Assembly (NCBI GenBank): GCA_032718475.1
Contig: JAUCBJ010001416.1
Span: 1-64,000, forward strand
From: Nemertoderma westbladi
Lineage: Eukaryota; Animalia; Xenacoelomorpha
Direction: 5' to 3'
Length of the DNA: 64,000 nucleotides
A program made the translations under genes and the position numbers. A model generated the notes under the pieces. The model was not told the DNA's origin. It saw only the letters and a list, made by a program, of their open reading frames with translations, and ran no database searches. The number at the start of each line of letters is the position of its first letter. Within the stretch, counting starts at the first letter, position 1. Below, piece by piece: positions 21,458 to 33,367 of the stretch.

Positions 21458-22769
21458 TATTATTATTATTATTATTTTATGTAATAACATTTAAATAACA
21501 GCAACAAGGTAGATAAATAAATATTAATGATATTTTTTCTATTCTATTCATATATTTATATAGATCATTTTATATATATATATACAACCAATCAACTAAG
21601 AACACGTGTCACATGTAACCAATAGAAAGTAAATAATAACAGTAAATGAAGCAAAATAGGTCAGGCTACAGTATAACTCGGATATTTATCGCCTTTTTCT
21701 CTCGAGGTTGGATGGGAGAGTGAGTGGTCAATTGTGGAGAGTTATAACGGTCCCGAGTTCGAACCCGGTTGAATATTTTGTTATCTGAAAAATTGCAAAA
21801 TTAAATTTAGTTACTGGTGAAAAATAGTAGAAGTTACCTGTAGACACCCCTAGCGTCTGTAAAATAAAGGTTGGTAAATATGGAAATACTGGTTGCTGAA
21901 AAATAGCGATTTGAAAAATAGTAGAAGTTACCTGTAGACACCCCTAGCGTCTGTAAAATAAAGGTTGGTAAATATGGAAATACTGGTTGCTGAAAAATAG
22001 CGATTTGAAAAATAGTAGAAGTTACCTGTAGACACCCGAACACATGTAAAATAAAGGTTGGTGAATATGAAAATACTGGTTGCTGAAAAATAGCGATTTG
22101 AAAAATAGTAGACGTTACCTGTAGACACTCGAACACCTGTAAAATAAAGGCTTACGATTGGAGGAAGGACTAGCGTTGGGTGACTAATAACGCCTCTAGA
22201 GGAAGATGCTGGAACTTGAGAAGTTACCATGGTTACGGTTGAAATGCTGACATCTGATTGGTTGAAATAATAACGACCACTGCTAATGGTTGAAATGGTG
22301 TCTTCTGATTGGAGGAAGGAGTAGAAATGGATGGTAATGATGGGCTATGGGTGACCTTGGCGCGTGGGACTACAAACATATACTACCCCCCCCCCCCCCC
22401 CCTTATCTGTCCAACCGTGACATTTAATAATAATAATATTTTTTTAATATTCCCAACTATGTAAAGTAAATCTTTCTGACTCACTAGATATTACAGTAGT
22501 ATTATTATCTTATGTATATTATTGAGATGTTACATATAAAGACATATTTTAATATTCATAGATATATAGTGTACTGTATGTATTATAAATAAATATATAC
22601 TGTAGGTACTGGTATACAAATACCTACTGTATGGACGCACAGGACAAGTTATAGAAGCCAGTACTGGCCATGGTGATAACTAAGGGAGGGAGACCGTGCT
22701 AGCGGAGTCTGTGGCAGCCCAGTTGGCGGTGAGATAGTCCAGGGTATGGCGGCCATAGTAGACTAATTA

Positions 22770-25007
22770 TTGGTTCCTGCTTTAAATCGTTGGCGAGTTT
22801 TAAACGTCTTGATGGCATCTTCTCTGACTGATTGCGAATGTTATTTTGCAAGATTATTTGCAAAGTAGTCTGTAGTGAAAATAGTAGAAGAATGAATGGC
22901 GTTGACAGCCAATTTCTAATGATGGACTATTTCCAAGTACATGTTGCAATATAGCGAGTGCTGCTGGTCGAAATGGGAGAGACCGCCCACGCAGTAGTGT
23001 CTCCACTTGTGCCAAAATTAAAAAAGAATCTTTGACAATCTCGCGGAGATTCGTTGCTGGGTATGTTAATCCCCCTTGATTGAGTAGATCGAAGAATGGC
23101 GGGTCGGTTGCTCTTGGTGATGTATCCTCAGCAATGGTATCGTTGCATGTTTTACATTTATTGCATTTTAGTAGTTTGTGAGCAATGTAACCAGCAACGC
23201 ATACGGTATCTTCCTTTGTGGCTTCATCTGTTTCGTATACGAATTCAATATGATCCACGCTTTCACAGAGTTCCGTGTAATTGTTAGTTTTACTTTCCTC
23301 GATAACTTTTTCCAACGATTTGCTCTCCTTTAGTATTGATTTCACTCGCAATATATTTTCATAGCGCAAAACCTCCATTAAACTTACCAAAAATCGGCCT
23401 CCACTCATCTCATCTGTTTGTACTTCGAGTAATGACGCTCCAATGGATCAGTTTACAATTTTCCGGTAAGCACATACTCAAAGCTATTATCGAGTAACTC
23501 GGTATACAAGTTGGCAATACCCGGTTTGTCTGAATCAAGGCGCTTCTAGTTTCTTTAGTTTCCAATTCGGTTTTCCTCTCTGAGGGTTGTTATTGCCGTT
23601 ATCGCATTGACATGACCAGATATCAGTTTGCGGAGAAGCCGATCCGACGGCAGAGGAGTTTCATTTCGTAGTACCTAAAATATAATTAACAAAATTATGT
23701 AAAATATTTTTGTATGCAAAATAATTTTTTATATTTTCACATGTGTTGTCTGCCTATCTGAATTTCCAGTTTTTCTCTAAACGATACTTTTTGGTGTGTG
23801 AAAAATTACGGATAAATAAATTGAAAAAATATATTTAAAAAAATAATAAACGACTCTAGAACATACTAGCATATTGTAAAACTATTCAAATGATATTATA
23901 TTAACAATATGGGCTACCTTATATGCCGAGAAGGAGGTATATCTGAGTAGCAAGGCGAAACGAAGTTGGTCGTTAGTATATATGGGTATCCCTTTCTGTT
24001 TATTGTGCTGCAGATCCAGTAAGCTTCTAATAAGACCTCGGGAATCCTGACCAAAATTACGTAAATAGGATACAAGATTTGGAGTCATTGTTGTGGAAGA
24101 AAGCTTGCATCTTGCATTTCTGAAAAAAGTTGTGATTTAATATAGACACATTAACGCATTTGGACGCTTTCTGTTTAAAAATACGCATAAGAACACACAC
24201 TGTAAATATTATTAATTTGGCGTGTTAATGTGGCAAGGTCTATGACTAGGTCTATCGAGTATAGTTTCTAAACAAACTATATTTTCACATATAATTTTAA
24301 TATATATCAGTACATTACTTGGACGTAATATTAAGTATAGGAAGAAATATTTTTTCTAAATTTAAGTTAAAAAATGCCCTGAAATAAAATTAAGATTGTC
24401 AATATTTTCATACCTTAGCCAAACTGGGTTGGGAACTGGAACTCCATCATGCGACAGCTTAACATGCAATTATTTTTTAATTGTTATGCATTCCTTCACC
24501 TTTGTGATATCACCTAGTTCCAATCTAAATAAATGCAGTTAATTTTTCTCCATCACTCCATACTCGTATTTCAAATTCATTCAAAACATTGAAATACCTT
24601 TGGATATCATTTAGAGTTTCTTTTTTGCATTTTTTTGAAAATAATTCCAATTCATCTGGCTGGAATTCTCTTATAGCTGGACGCTTTCTTGAAGGCGGTG
24701 GAATGGTTCTGGAAGATGTTGGAATACACTCAGGGTGTATTGTTGGGGCCTCTTTTGTGAGCGTCGGTCTTTGTGTATAACTGTTGACAAATCTACTGTC
24801 AAAATGAAGGATGCATATTTTTGCTGAAGGACCAGGTGTCCAATCACTACCATATCCCATGAACACGATCCAGTTTTTATACTGGGCTGAGTCATGCGAA
24901 GGGAAACCGAACATAGATATGGATTCAACTGCTGTGGACAAACCTCTTCCGAAGGAACTCTTTTTGTATCCAGACCTGCATCCTTTCACATTACAAACTC
25001 CTACCAT
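22770..25007 (-). pseudogene. THAP-domain P-element-type transposase, multi-exon, decayed and internally deleted
   Basis: THAP CNVKGC...FP...W...KICILHF..P (24525-25007); RFALLLRYTSFSAYK; TDPLERHY..YKQMSGG E-motif; VAGYIAHKL..C..C..GGLTYP C-terminus; stops and frameshifts. Confidence 0.8.
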
Positions 25008-25285
25008 AGTTTATATTATTTTAGTGCCTGAACAATAAATGGTTACCGCGCAGGGTGATGACGACGATGACAGATAACATACATACACTATTATAGGCCT
25101 ATTAAATAACTTTTAACGTAGTGTTTTAAATGGTTATAGAATATAACACTCATACCAACTAGGTTTTTTTTGGTAATAATAATGTAATAATTAGTTAATA
25201 TACAGAAATGATCTTTAAAAAATTTATTCACAACCACTTAATTATTTTTACTAGTTTTTTTTAATTTAATATATAATTTAATAAT

Positions 25286-28200
25286 GGGGTAGACGACTCG
25301 GAAATTTTTTTTCGAGTTTTCGTTGGTTTCATGTGAAAGAGCATGTGAAAAAACCCCAGAGAGCAATTTTACTTCAAAAAAATTAATATTGGCCGAGTTA
25401 TAGCGATTTTAATATATTAATATATTAATATATATTTTAGTTATAGCGATTAGCAACATCGAAAAATCAGGCCGTTTCGGAAAACTGCACGAGTGACGTC
25501 AGCCATAACACAGCAACAGTTGTCAAGCGCAGTTGATTGGCTAATATAAAGTATAATATTGCAGTATCTAAAATAAAACAAATAATAAATGTAGCTAAGT
25601 ATTTATTTGGATGTGTATTTATGTTGTGTATTTCTTTCTCGTATTTATGTTGTGTTAAGAATCGATTCTAGGACAGCGGTATGGAGGCGATTATTCTAGA
25701 ATAATATTTATTTCGCCCATACCTGTACCGTAGAGCTGTAGCTAAAAACAAATAAAGCTAGCTAAATACTGCCACGCGTTTCGTTAATCGATTTTTTAAT
25801 CGTTTTTACAGCGAACAATGCGGGATAGGTAGATTAGCACTAGATGGAAATTATTTAGTCTTTTTTTTCTAGTTATTTAACTAGCTGGTAAAAATTCTAG
25901 AATTTTAAGGAGCATTTTTTTTTCAATAGTAGCTACGCTACAGGGGTACTAGTAAAAGTTATTATACAGTTACCATCAAGGTGTAATGGAGGCCGGTTTC
26001 GAAAAAGCGGACAGTAGAAACCTACCAGCTTTAACCTATGCTGCAATATTGCACTATACTTGTAGCAAACCAGAGAAAATAAGCCCGGAGTTCAGGAACG
26101 TGAAAACCTTGAGGTTAGTTAAATTATGGTAAATGGTAAGTTAACCTATATATTATCCTCATATCTTTTCATGCACGTACTCATTTACGTACGTTCGGTT
26201 AACAAACAGCTCGGGAATTCACTGTAAGGTGTTACTGGTACTAGTGTTGCCTACTACTAGTGTTGCCTACTAGTGTAGCTAGTGTTTTTATAAAATACTA
26301 CAAAATCTTATTTTTTTTAAATAATTAAGATAAATTCACGCCTATACAAATTTGTTGGTATACCATTTTGAATGAAAATTACCAATTATAAAACATTATG
26401 TCCTGTTCCAATTATAGATCTGGCGGAGCATCGTACAGCGACAATGCTATTGGATGGGTGTGTGTAAAGAGAGATGGTCCTCATTGCACAGTTAAGGCCA
26501 AAATAACACCAGAACATCGTGTAAGAAGTCAACCCTACCGCGTCCAAGCTAAAGTTAATGAGAGTACCGGAGAAATAGTAGATCTGAAATGCAACGACTG
26601 TGTGGCCAGTGCTGGTGGTGGTTGCAAACATGCGATGGGCTTAACATTTTGGTTATACAGAAAATGTACAGAAATTTCCTGTACTATAAAGAACTGCAAA
26701 CAAGCAATTCCTATCACTGCAATTATAAAAAAGAAAAGTACAAAGAAACCAAGTACCATTACAGACGATCAGGTACAAGCATTCCGCGATAGGATTGTAA
26801 ATAAAATGAATAAGGACAAATTGCCCAGCATGCTCTACAATTATTTTGGGGATATATCGCCATTGACGTGGTTGCAAATGGATTATCTTGGCTTACAGTA
26901 TATGAAGGTAATTACAGTTATTTACTTATAATTATATACATCCATAAATAATACTTAACCTTACGTAACCACGGAATTTTTACACGGGAGGTCACAAAGG
27001 CCATTGTATTGCCCAATGGAATTGTTTTTCTAATACATAAAAAAATATATTATTTATTGAAATTATTTCGATACAAATCAAGGCAGTTAATTAATATATT
27101 AATTAATCACAGACATGTCAAAATGGTCGAAGCGAGGAATTTATATCGTACTGTATGGGAAAAATTACGCCACATCTCATTGAGGAAGCGTTTACGAAAA
27201 CTGCCAAGCAGTCAGACTGTCCTATGTGGCACCATTTAAGATATGGACGGGTGTCTGCGTCTAAACTTCACGAGGCAGCCCATTGCAAGACATATGATGG
27301 AAGTCTAGTGAAACGTATACTTGGTAATAATAATATCTTCAAGCATACATTCATACTTATTATTGTAATTTATTATTGGTGTTATGGATGGATGAGTGGT
27401 TTCATATTACAATAAAAAGTTATACTTATTATTGTAGCATAATAATTATAATTATTATTTTGGTAATGCACAACATAAGTAGAATTTAAATTTAAACAAA
27501 TTTGCACATGTAACCAGGGTCAGTACATAACCAAGACCCCAAAGACTTAAGACCTGTACAAAACACATACTGTGTTAGCGTTCGTTTATTGTTTTGCATC
27601 CCAAACACGCCTCTGTAACCTGCTCCATTGCCATCTTTTGGCATTTGCGAACTTGTCAATAATTATTCTATATTTGTTATTTGTTATTTATATTTGATGT
27701 ATATTAGTGGATATATTATTTTTAGTATAAACGCAGCTACTGTCCGTAATAATGTGCAGTAGTAGGCCAATATATTTTGAGTTAGCTATTTAACTGAAAT
27801 ATGGGTTAGCTACAACTGAACTGTTCTAGAATTATTGATAACTATCAATGCTACTTGGAATTCAATAATTTAACTTGTATACAAATAATTGTAATCGAAA
27901 AAGTTCGAATCCACAATCTAATCCAAAGTAATCTAAGTTTTGAAGCTTAATAAAACATCAATATGCTACTGGATTTCTACCACCTGGCAGTTTTAGCTAC
28001 AAAATACTGTATGTTTTATTTTTATAGCTAACAACTGTATAGTTTGGGATAAATAATTATTATTCTAGAATAATTAACTTGTTATGAATCAATTTCCGCC
28101 ATAAAGATATCAAATAATATATTTTTTTAATATGTTCCAGAATAAAAAATATTTTTTCTAGAACATTATTTTTTTATAAACAAATAGCTAATAAGTTCTA

Positions 28201-28593
28201 GAACATATCAAAAAAAGAAATTATCAAAAACTATCTAGTACAACAAATTTGGTGGGGGGGTGTACGCATACTGGACCAGTACCCAAATAATGTATTCTTA
28301 ACACAACACAAAAACACACCAAATAAATATTAGCTACATTATTTATTTTGATTACTAAGAGATTTATATTGTATAGTAACCAATGAACATTCACTGCTGC
28401 ACTAGTGACGTCACTAGTGCAGTTTTCTGAAACGGCCTGATTTTTCGGTGTTGCTAATTTTGCGTTTTAAAATCGCTATAACTCGGCCAATATTATTTTT
28501 TTTGAAGTAAAATTGCTCTCTGGGGTTTTTTCACATGCCCTTTCACATGAACACAACGAAAACTCGAAAAAAAATTTCTGAGTCGTCTACCCC
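25286..28593. mobile_element. ISL2EU-type DNA transposon, non-autonomous derivative with long TIRs
   Basis: GGGGTAGACGACTC...GAGTCGTCTACCCC termini, ~300-370-bp imperfect TIRs, AT dinucleotide on both sides, internal SWIM-YqaJ gene. Confidence 0.78.
25986..27323 (+). pseudogene. SWIM zinc finger + YqaJ/lambda-exonuclease-like protein, three exons, 3' part missing
   Basis: Exons 25986-26113 (MEAGFEKADSRNLP..), 26418-26907 (CNDCVASAGGGCKH), 27113-27323 (QSDCPMWHHLRYGRVSAS); GT-AG junctions keep frame. Confidence 0.8.
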
Positions 28594-28998
28594 ATTCCAG
28601 ATATATCGCAGAATTTCCATGAATAAACATATGATCCGCAAAATTTAATTTTATAGACATTTTTTTGGTCATTAATAAGGTAATATAAAATCCCAAATGT
28701 GTGGTTCGGATTGATTGCGAAATACTTATGGGTTTTTTGCTAGATTGACTCGACTATTAAAGATCTATTCGAATAATTCGAATAGGTTAATAATTATTAA
28801 ATATTCGGTTAATAAACAGTATATTGTGGTACATTTATGCTTATTTAATATATATGATTAATAATGTACAATGCATACCTACTGTTTTACATCAAATACA
28901 CAGGTTGCAAAAAAAAATTAAAACTGTAGGTACACCCATGTCATATAAGTGCCAATTGAATTTGGTTGACGGACGATGTCCTTTATAAATACACTTAA

Positions 28999-30568
28999 CC
29001 CTATTAGTACCGGGCTATAAAATGTTGTACAAATACCGGGGGGGGGGGTCATATTGACCCCCCCCCCCCCCCCCCCCTCTAAAATCTACAAATATTTACG
29101 AAAACGTCTGATTTTTTGTTTGTACGTAGTTATCACTTGTCTGGATCCGACGGAAAAAAAAAATTTTCGAAAAAATGTACTGGGATGGTTATATTGCAGC
29201 ACCAAAATTACAAGTAGTGCACAATTTTCACCAAATTTGAAAGTTACATTTTCGTCTAATTATTTTTCAATACAGGTTTTCTGGGGTGCAAAATACATTG
29301 GAAAATATTAAAAACTTATATGATTACTATAAATGGCTGTTTAGTCCTCTCTGCGTAGGAAAAAAATGAAAAAAACAAGTAACCAGCACTTTTCAGTTAG
29401 AACACAAAATTTTTAATTCACTTATACGATGCTATAAATTCACATTTTCAGGTTTTCGAGGGCGCTGATTCTAATGGAATACATTTCTAATATGCCAGAT
29501 CATTGCTACTTGTATTTTTCGGCGTAATTTGGCAAATTTTGGTGCTAGCACCAAATTTCGTACCCATCACCAAAAAGTACAAGTTTGCGATGTCCAGTGC
29601 TTTTTTTATTGATTCCATCGGATTCAGGACCCTCATAAGCCCGTATAACGCAAGAAACAAGGTGATCCTATCTACTTATCAATTTGCATATTTTCCAAAA
29701 TTTGGTGCTGGCACAACAATTTTCACCCACCGGTGAAAAATACAAGTTTGAGAACTCTTATGAAATTTTTACTGATTCCATTGAATTCAGAACCATCACA
29801 AACCCGTATAACGCAAGAAACAAGGTGACCACATTCAATTGATATATTTGATGGTTTTCAAAATTTGGTGCTATCACCACATTTTGCACCCACATCCGAA
29901 AAATAGAAGTTTGAGATGTCTAGTTCGATAATCATATTTTCCATTGAATTCAGAACAGCCATAAACCTCTAAAACGTAAGAAATAAATTGTCACAAGCAA
30001 TTTTATCTATTGAATGGATTTTCAAAATTTCGTGCTTGCACCAAAATTTGCACACAGCACCGAAAAATACAAGTTTGATACGCTTGGTGCAACTCGTATA
30101 TATTTCATCGAATTCAGAAACCCAAAAAACCCCAATTGCGTAAAAAACAAGTTTCAAACGATCAATTTACAAAATTGACTTATTTCAAAATTTGGTGCTG
30201 GCACCAAAATTTGGCACCCACCGAAAAAAACAAGTTTGAAGTTTCTAAATCAATTTATATGAATTCCATCAAATTTCTAACACCAAAAAACCGGTGTAAA
30301 TCAAAAATAGAGATGTTACAATTCATATTTAATGAAATGTAATTTTCAAAAAACGTCTCAAAAAAAGTGCCAAAAGTAGGGTTAAAAAATGGTGCTATAA
30401 CTCGAAAAGTACCCAATATTTTTGAAAACGGTTTTCACTACTAGGAAGACAATAGATTTTTAGGAAAAGTCATAAAATTTCAGATTCCTAACTGCGTTTG
30501 TTTCAGAATTATAATAAAAAAACCAAGGGGGGGGTCATATTGACCCCCCCCCCCCGGGTTTAATAGGG
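28999..30568. mobile_element. piggyBac-type non-autonomous element with internal ~163-bp tandem repeats
   Basis: TTAA|CCCTATTA...TAATAGGG|TTAA; subterminal G(n)TCATATTGAC(n) hairpins; AAGTTTG recurs at 29581, 29744, 29907, 30071, 30232. Confidence 0.88.
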
Positions 30569-30725
30569 TTAAAGCCAGCTTGCGATCTTATTTATGGTTT
30601 CTTTCTGCTCAACTTTACTATAAAATATTATAATGACAATAAATAAATATCAAGCTAATAATAAAAGTTACGTTAATAAACAGTATTCAAAGCAATCGTA
30701 AGGTTTAGACGGATGTAAATTATTG

Positions 30726-31079
30726 TTAATTGCAGTTAAGAATCTTTATCCTAGACCCTTTAGCAACATTACCACCCACTTTGCCCCAATATACTTGCTT
30801 CTCGCTTTCAGTAGTATTATATTCCCCGTTGAGGTTCGTCTTAGAATCCACGGTATGCCACCAACCGCCGGTCCGAACTTCAGCCAACGAGATGTCGGAA
30901 TCGTCATGATCTACGTCTTTAGTAGAGAACTGCGCACCATTAGCTTCCTCCATTTCATCTGCCAACCAAAAACTTGTAAATTCCCCGTAACTAAACGTGT
31001 AATTCGATTCTCCTGATCCTATCCTTACATTCTTATATAATCCGTCCAATGTTTGTCGCGAATCCTTAATTGTTAATTC
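30726..31079 (-). pseudogene. 3' half of fibrinogen-related-domain (FReD) host gene
   Basis: FSTKDVDHD, GGWW, NLNG motifs; in frame with the 5' half across an 8-bp duplication. Confidence 0.85.
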
Positions 31080-31621
31080 GGTATTAATTCGCCAGCTACC
31101 ACCCCCCTTTTATTTAAATTTTTTTCTGTTTTCTTGCTTTTTTTAATAAAATAATTTGATGCTTTTTTTAATAAAATAATTTGATATCAAGATGTTAAAG
31201 AGTTAATGGCGCAGTTAATGACCACAAAAACCAACTACAGTATGTGTGAAGAGGGTATGAAAATAAAACATTAAGGGACAGGGGCCGTTTAGGGTGGCTA
31301 TGTATGCGGCATTACTTCACCTTGGGTACCCATAGATCAGATTTTTTATACTATCTAGTTTTTACAATTATAATATAAAGTATTATTATATTACATGACA
31401 GCAAAATGTTCTAGAACATGTTATGTATCAATCTTTATATAAATATCTATATCAATTTTTAACTGTATTTTTATACTAGCTAGTGTTTTCAGTTTTTGTT
31501 GTTTTAAATATTCTAGAACATGAAAGTTATTGATTAAAATATAATGTTTTTCTATGGTAGCTAGTATTTTAAATCTAGCTAGCGTTCAAAAAAAATGTAC
31601 TAGCTATATTGAAGCAGTTTC

Positions 31622-32611
31622 TCAGATGATCTAGGAAATGTCATGGGTCGCCTTAGCATAAATTTCAAGAAAACCCAGGCAATTTGTTTTGGTACACATC
31701 AGAGGTTAGCATCAGCTCCGAAACTGCAAGTTAAATGCGGCGGCATTGATATACCGGTGAAGGATGCGGTGACCTATCTCGGAGCAGAACTCGATAACAC
31801 TCTTGCAGGTGAGAATATGGCTCAAAAAATAATTAAAAAGGGAAACAGCCGTCTAAAATTTATTCACCGCAATGGAGGAGTTCTCGATCGCCATTCCCGT
31901 CGACTACTCTGCATGGCCCTCATCCAGCCCCATATGGAATTCGCCTCTAGCTGCTGGTTCTTGACTATCTCTTCCAAATTGCGAACTCAGTTGGAGGCTC
32001 TCCAACGAAAATGCATTCGTTTCTGCCTGGATATGGGGTCTCGTGATCACATCGGCCCGGTCCACTTCAAGGATATAAACTGGCTTCCATTAAGGGAAAG
32101 GTGCTATTCTAAAATACTGTCGTATATGTATAAAGTTTTACACTTGCAAGCTCCATCATACCTCTCGGAGCTAGTTTATTTTAATCAAGGTGCAATGAAT
32201 CTTCGGGGGCCACATATACGTGCGGAAATCCCACAGAGACACACCGTCCACGGCCAGTCTACATTCTCATACTACGGGCCCTCGTTGTGGAATGATCTAC
32301 CAGGGTCAATAACTCGAGCGCCATCTCTTGTCGTATTCCAACACAACCTGAAGAAACACTTTTTAGATAAACTTGCATCTACGGATATCTCGGTGTTCAC
32401 AATAACATAGCGATTTTATTATGTTTCTATTACTTATAAACTTTATATTTTATCTACCTTTTATAACAGGGATCCCTATGGAAATGAGATGTAATTATCT
32501 CTTAGGGCTATCCTTAGCGGCTACATTTTTTTTCTTTTTGTTAATTTCTATCGTGATTTGTATTTATTTTAATTTGTAATCCGCTAATAAACAAGTTCAA
32601 GTTCAAGTTCA
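31622..32611 (+). mobile_element. CR1-group (Daphne/Crack-like) LINE 3' fragment
   Basis: ORF 31643-32410 LSINFKKTQ..VTYLG..NWLPL..FSYYGPSLWNDLP; tail AATAAA(CAAGTT)3. Confidence 0.85.
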
Positions 32612-32700
32612 TAGGGAGTTGTGGCGGTGCAATTTTGTTGACAAGCCGGCACAGCATTCTTAAAAATGCAGCTGCAATGCAGCATGCCGATCCTAGTAGT
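32611..32700 (+). mobile_element. RTE 3' tail fragment
   Basis: Reverse complement of 47932-48022; ends TAGTAGT. Confidence 0.85.
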
Positions 32701-32706
32701 TTCTCA

Positions 32707-33346
32707 CGGTACTGGTCCAGTATGCGTACACCCCCACCAAATTTTTTGTAGTAGCTAGTTTTTTTTTATATGTTCTAGAACTTATTAGCTATTTGTTTAT
32801 AAAAAACTAATGTTCTAGAACAAATATTTTTTATTCTGGAACATATTAAAAAAAGTTTGTGAAGTATGATCTTATGATCTTATGAGTTCGTTATATCAAC
32901 ATTGATTTCTATTGAAATCTACTTGTTAATAAATTAAAATTTATTATTAGCTACTGTACTATCATAATTTTATTGCAAAATTTCAAAATATAAAAAAAAA
33001 TTATTTTATTTATTTTATACCAACCATACCATGCATTTTAAGAACAAAGCAGGCTTTTGTCTAAAACATGTTCTAGAACAAAAAATATTTGTTCTAGAAC
33101 AATATTTTTTTCAAAATGAAATAGCTAACATATTTTGGTACATTTCAAAAAAAGAAATTATCAACAACTATAGCTAGTACGAAAAATCTAAAACATGTTC
33201 AAGAACAAAAAATATTTGTTCTAGAACATTATTTCATTCAAAATGAAATAGCTATCAGGTTTTGGTACATTTCAAAAAAAGAAATCATCAAAAACTAGCT
33301 ACTGTAGTACAAAAATTTGGTGGGGGTGTACGCTGGACCAGTACCG
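32707..33346. mobile_element. MITE with ~45-bp TIRs
   Basis: CGGTACTGGTCCAG..GCGTACACCCCCACCAAATTTT inverted at 33308-33346; a further copy of this end at ~28240-28283. Confidence 0.75.
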
Positions 33347-33367
33347 GTGCCGTTTCTGATATATTAA

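Larger units (their letters stand above)
8526..22386. mobile_element. Maverick/Polinton (adintovirus-like) endogenous element arranged as a giant inverted repeat
   Basis: Begins AGTAGTATATGTTTG and ends CAAACATATACTAC; arm 1 (8526-15203) is the reverse complement of arm 2 (16223-22386); encodes ATPase, integrase and penton homologs; poly-C on both flanks. Confidence 0.92.

Noticed and set aside
8526-22386. Palindrome as a sequencing or amplification fold-back artefact
   Set aside because: Arms differ by many substitutions including silent ones, independent indels and a 500-bp deletion, and are separated by a 1-kb unique spacer; artefactual arms would be essentially identical
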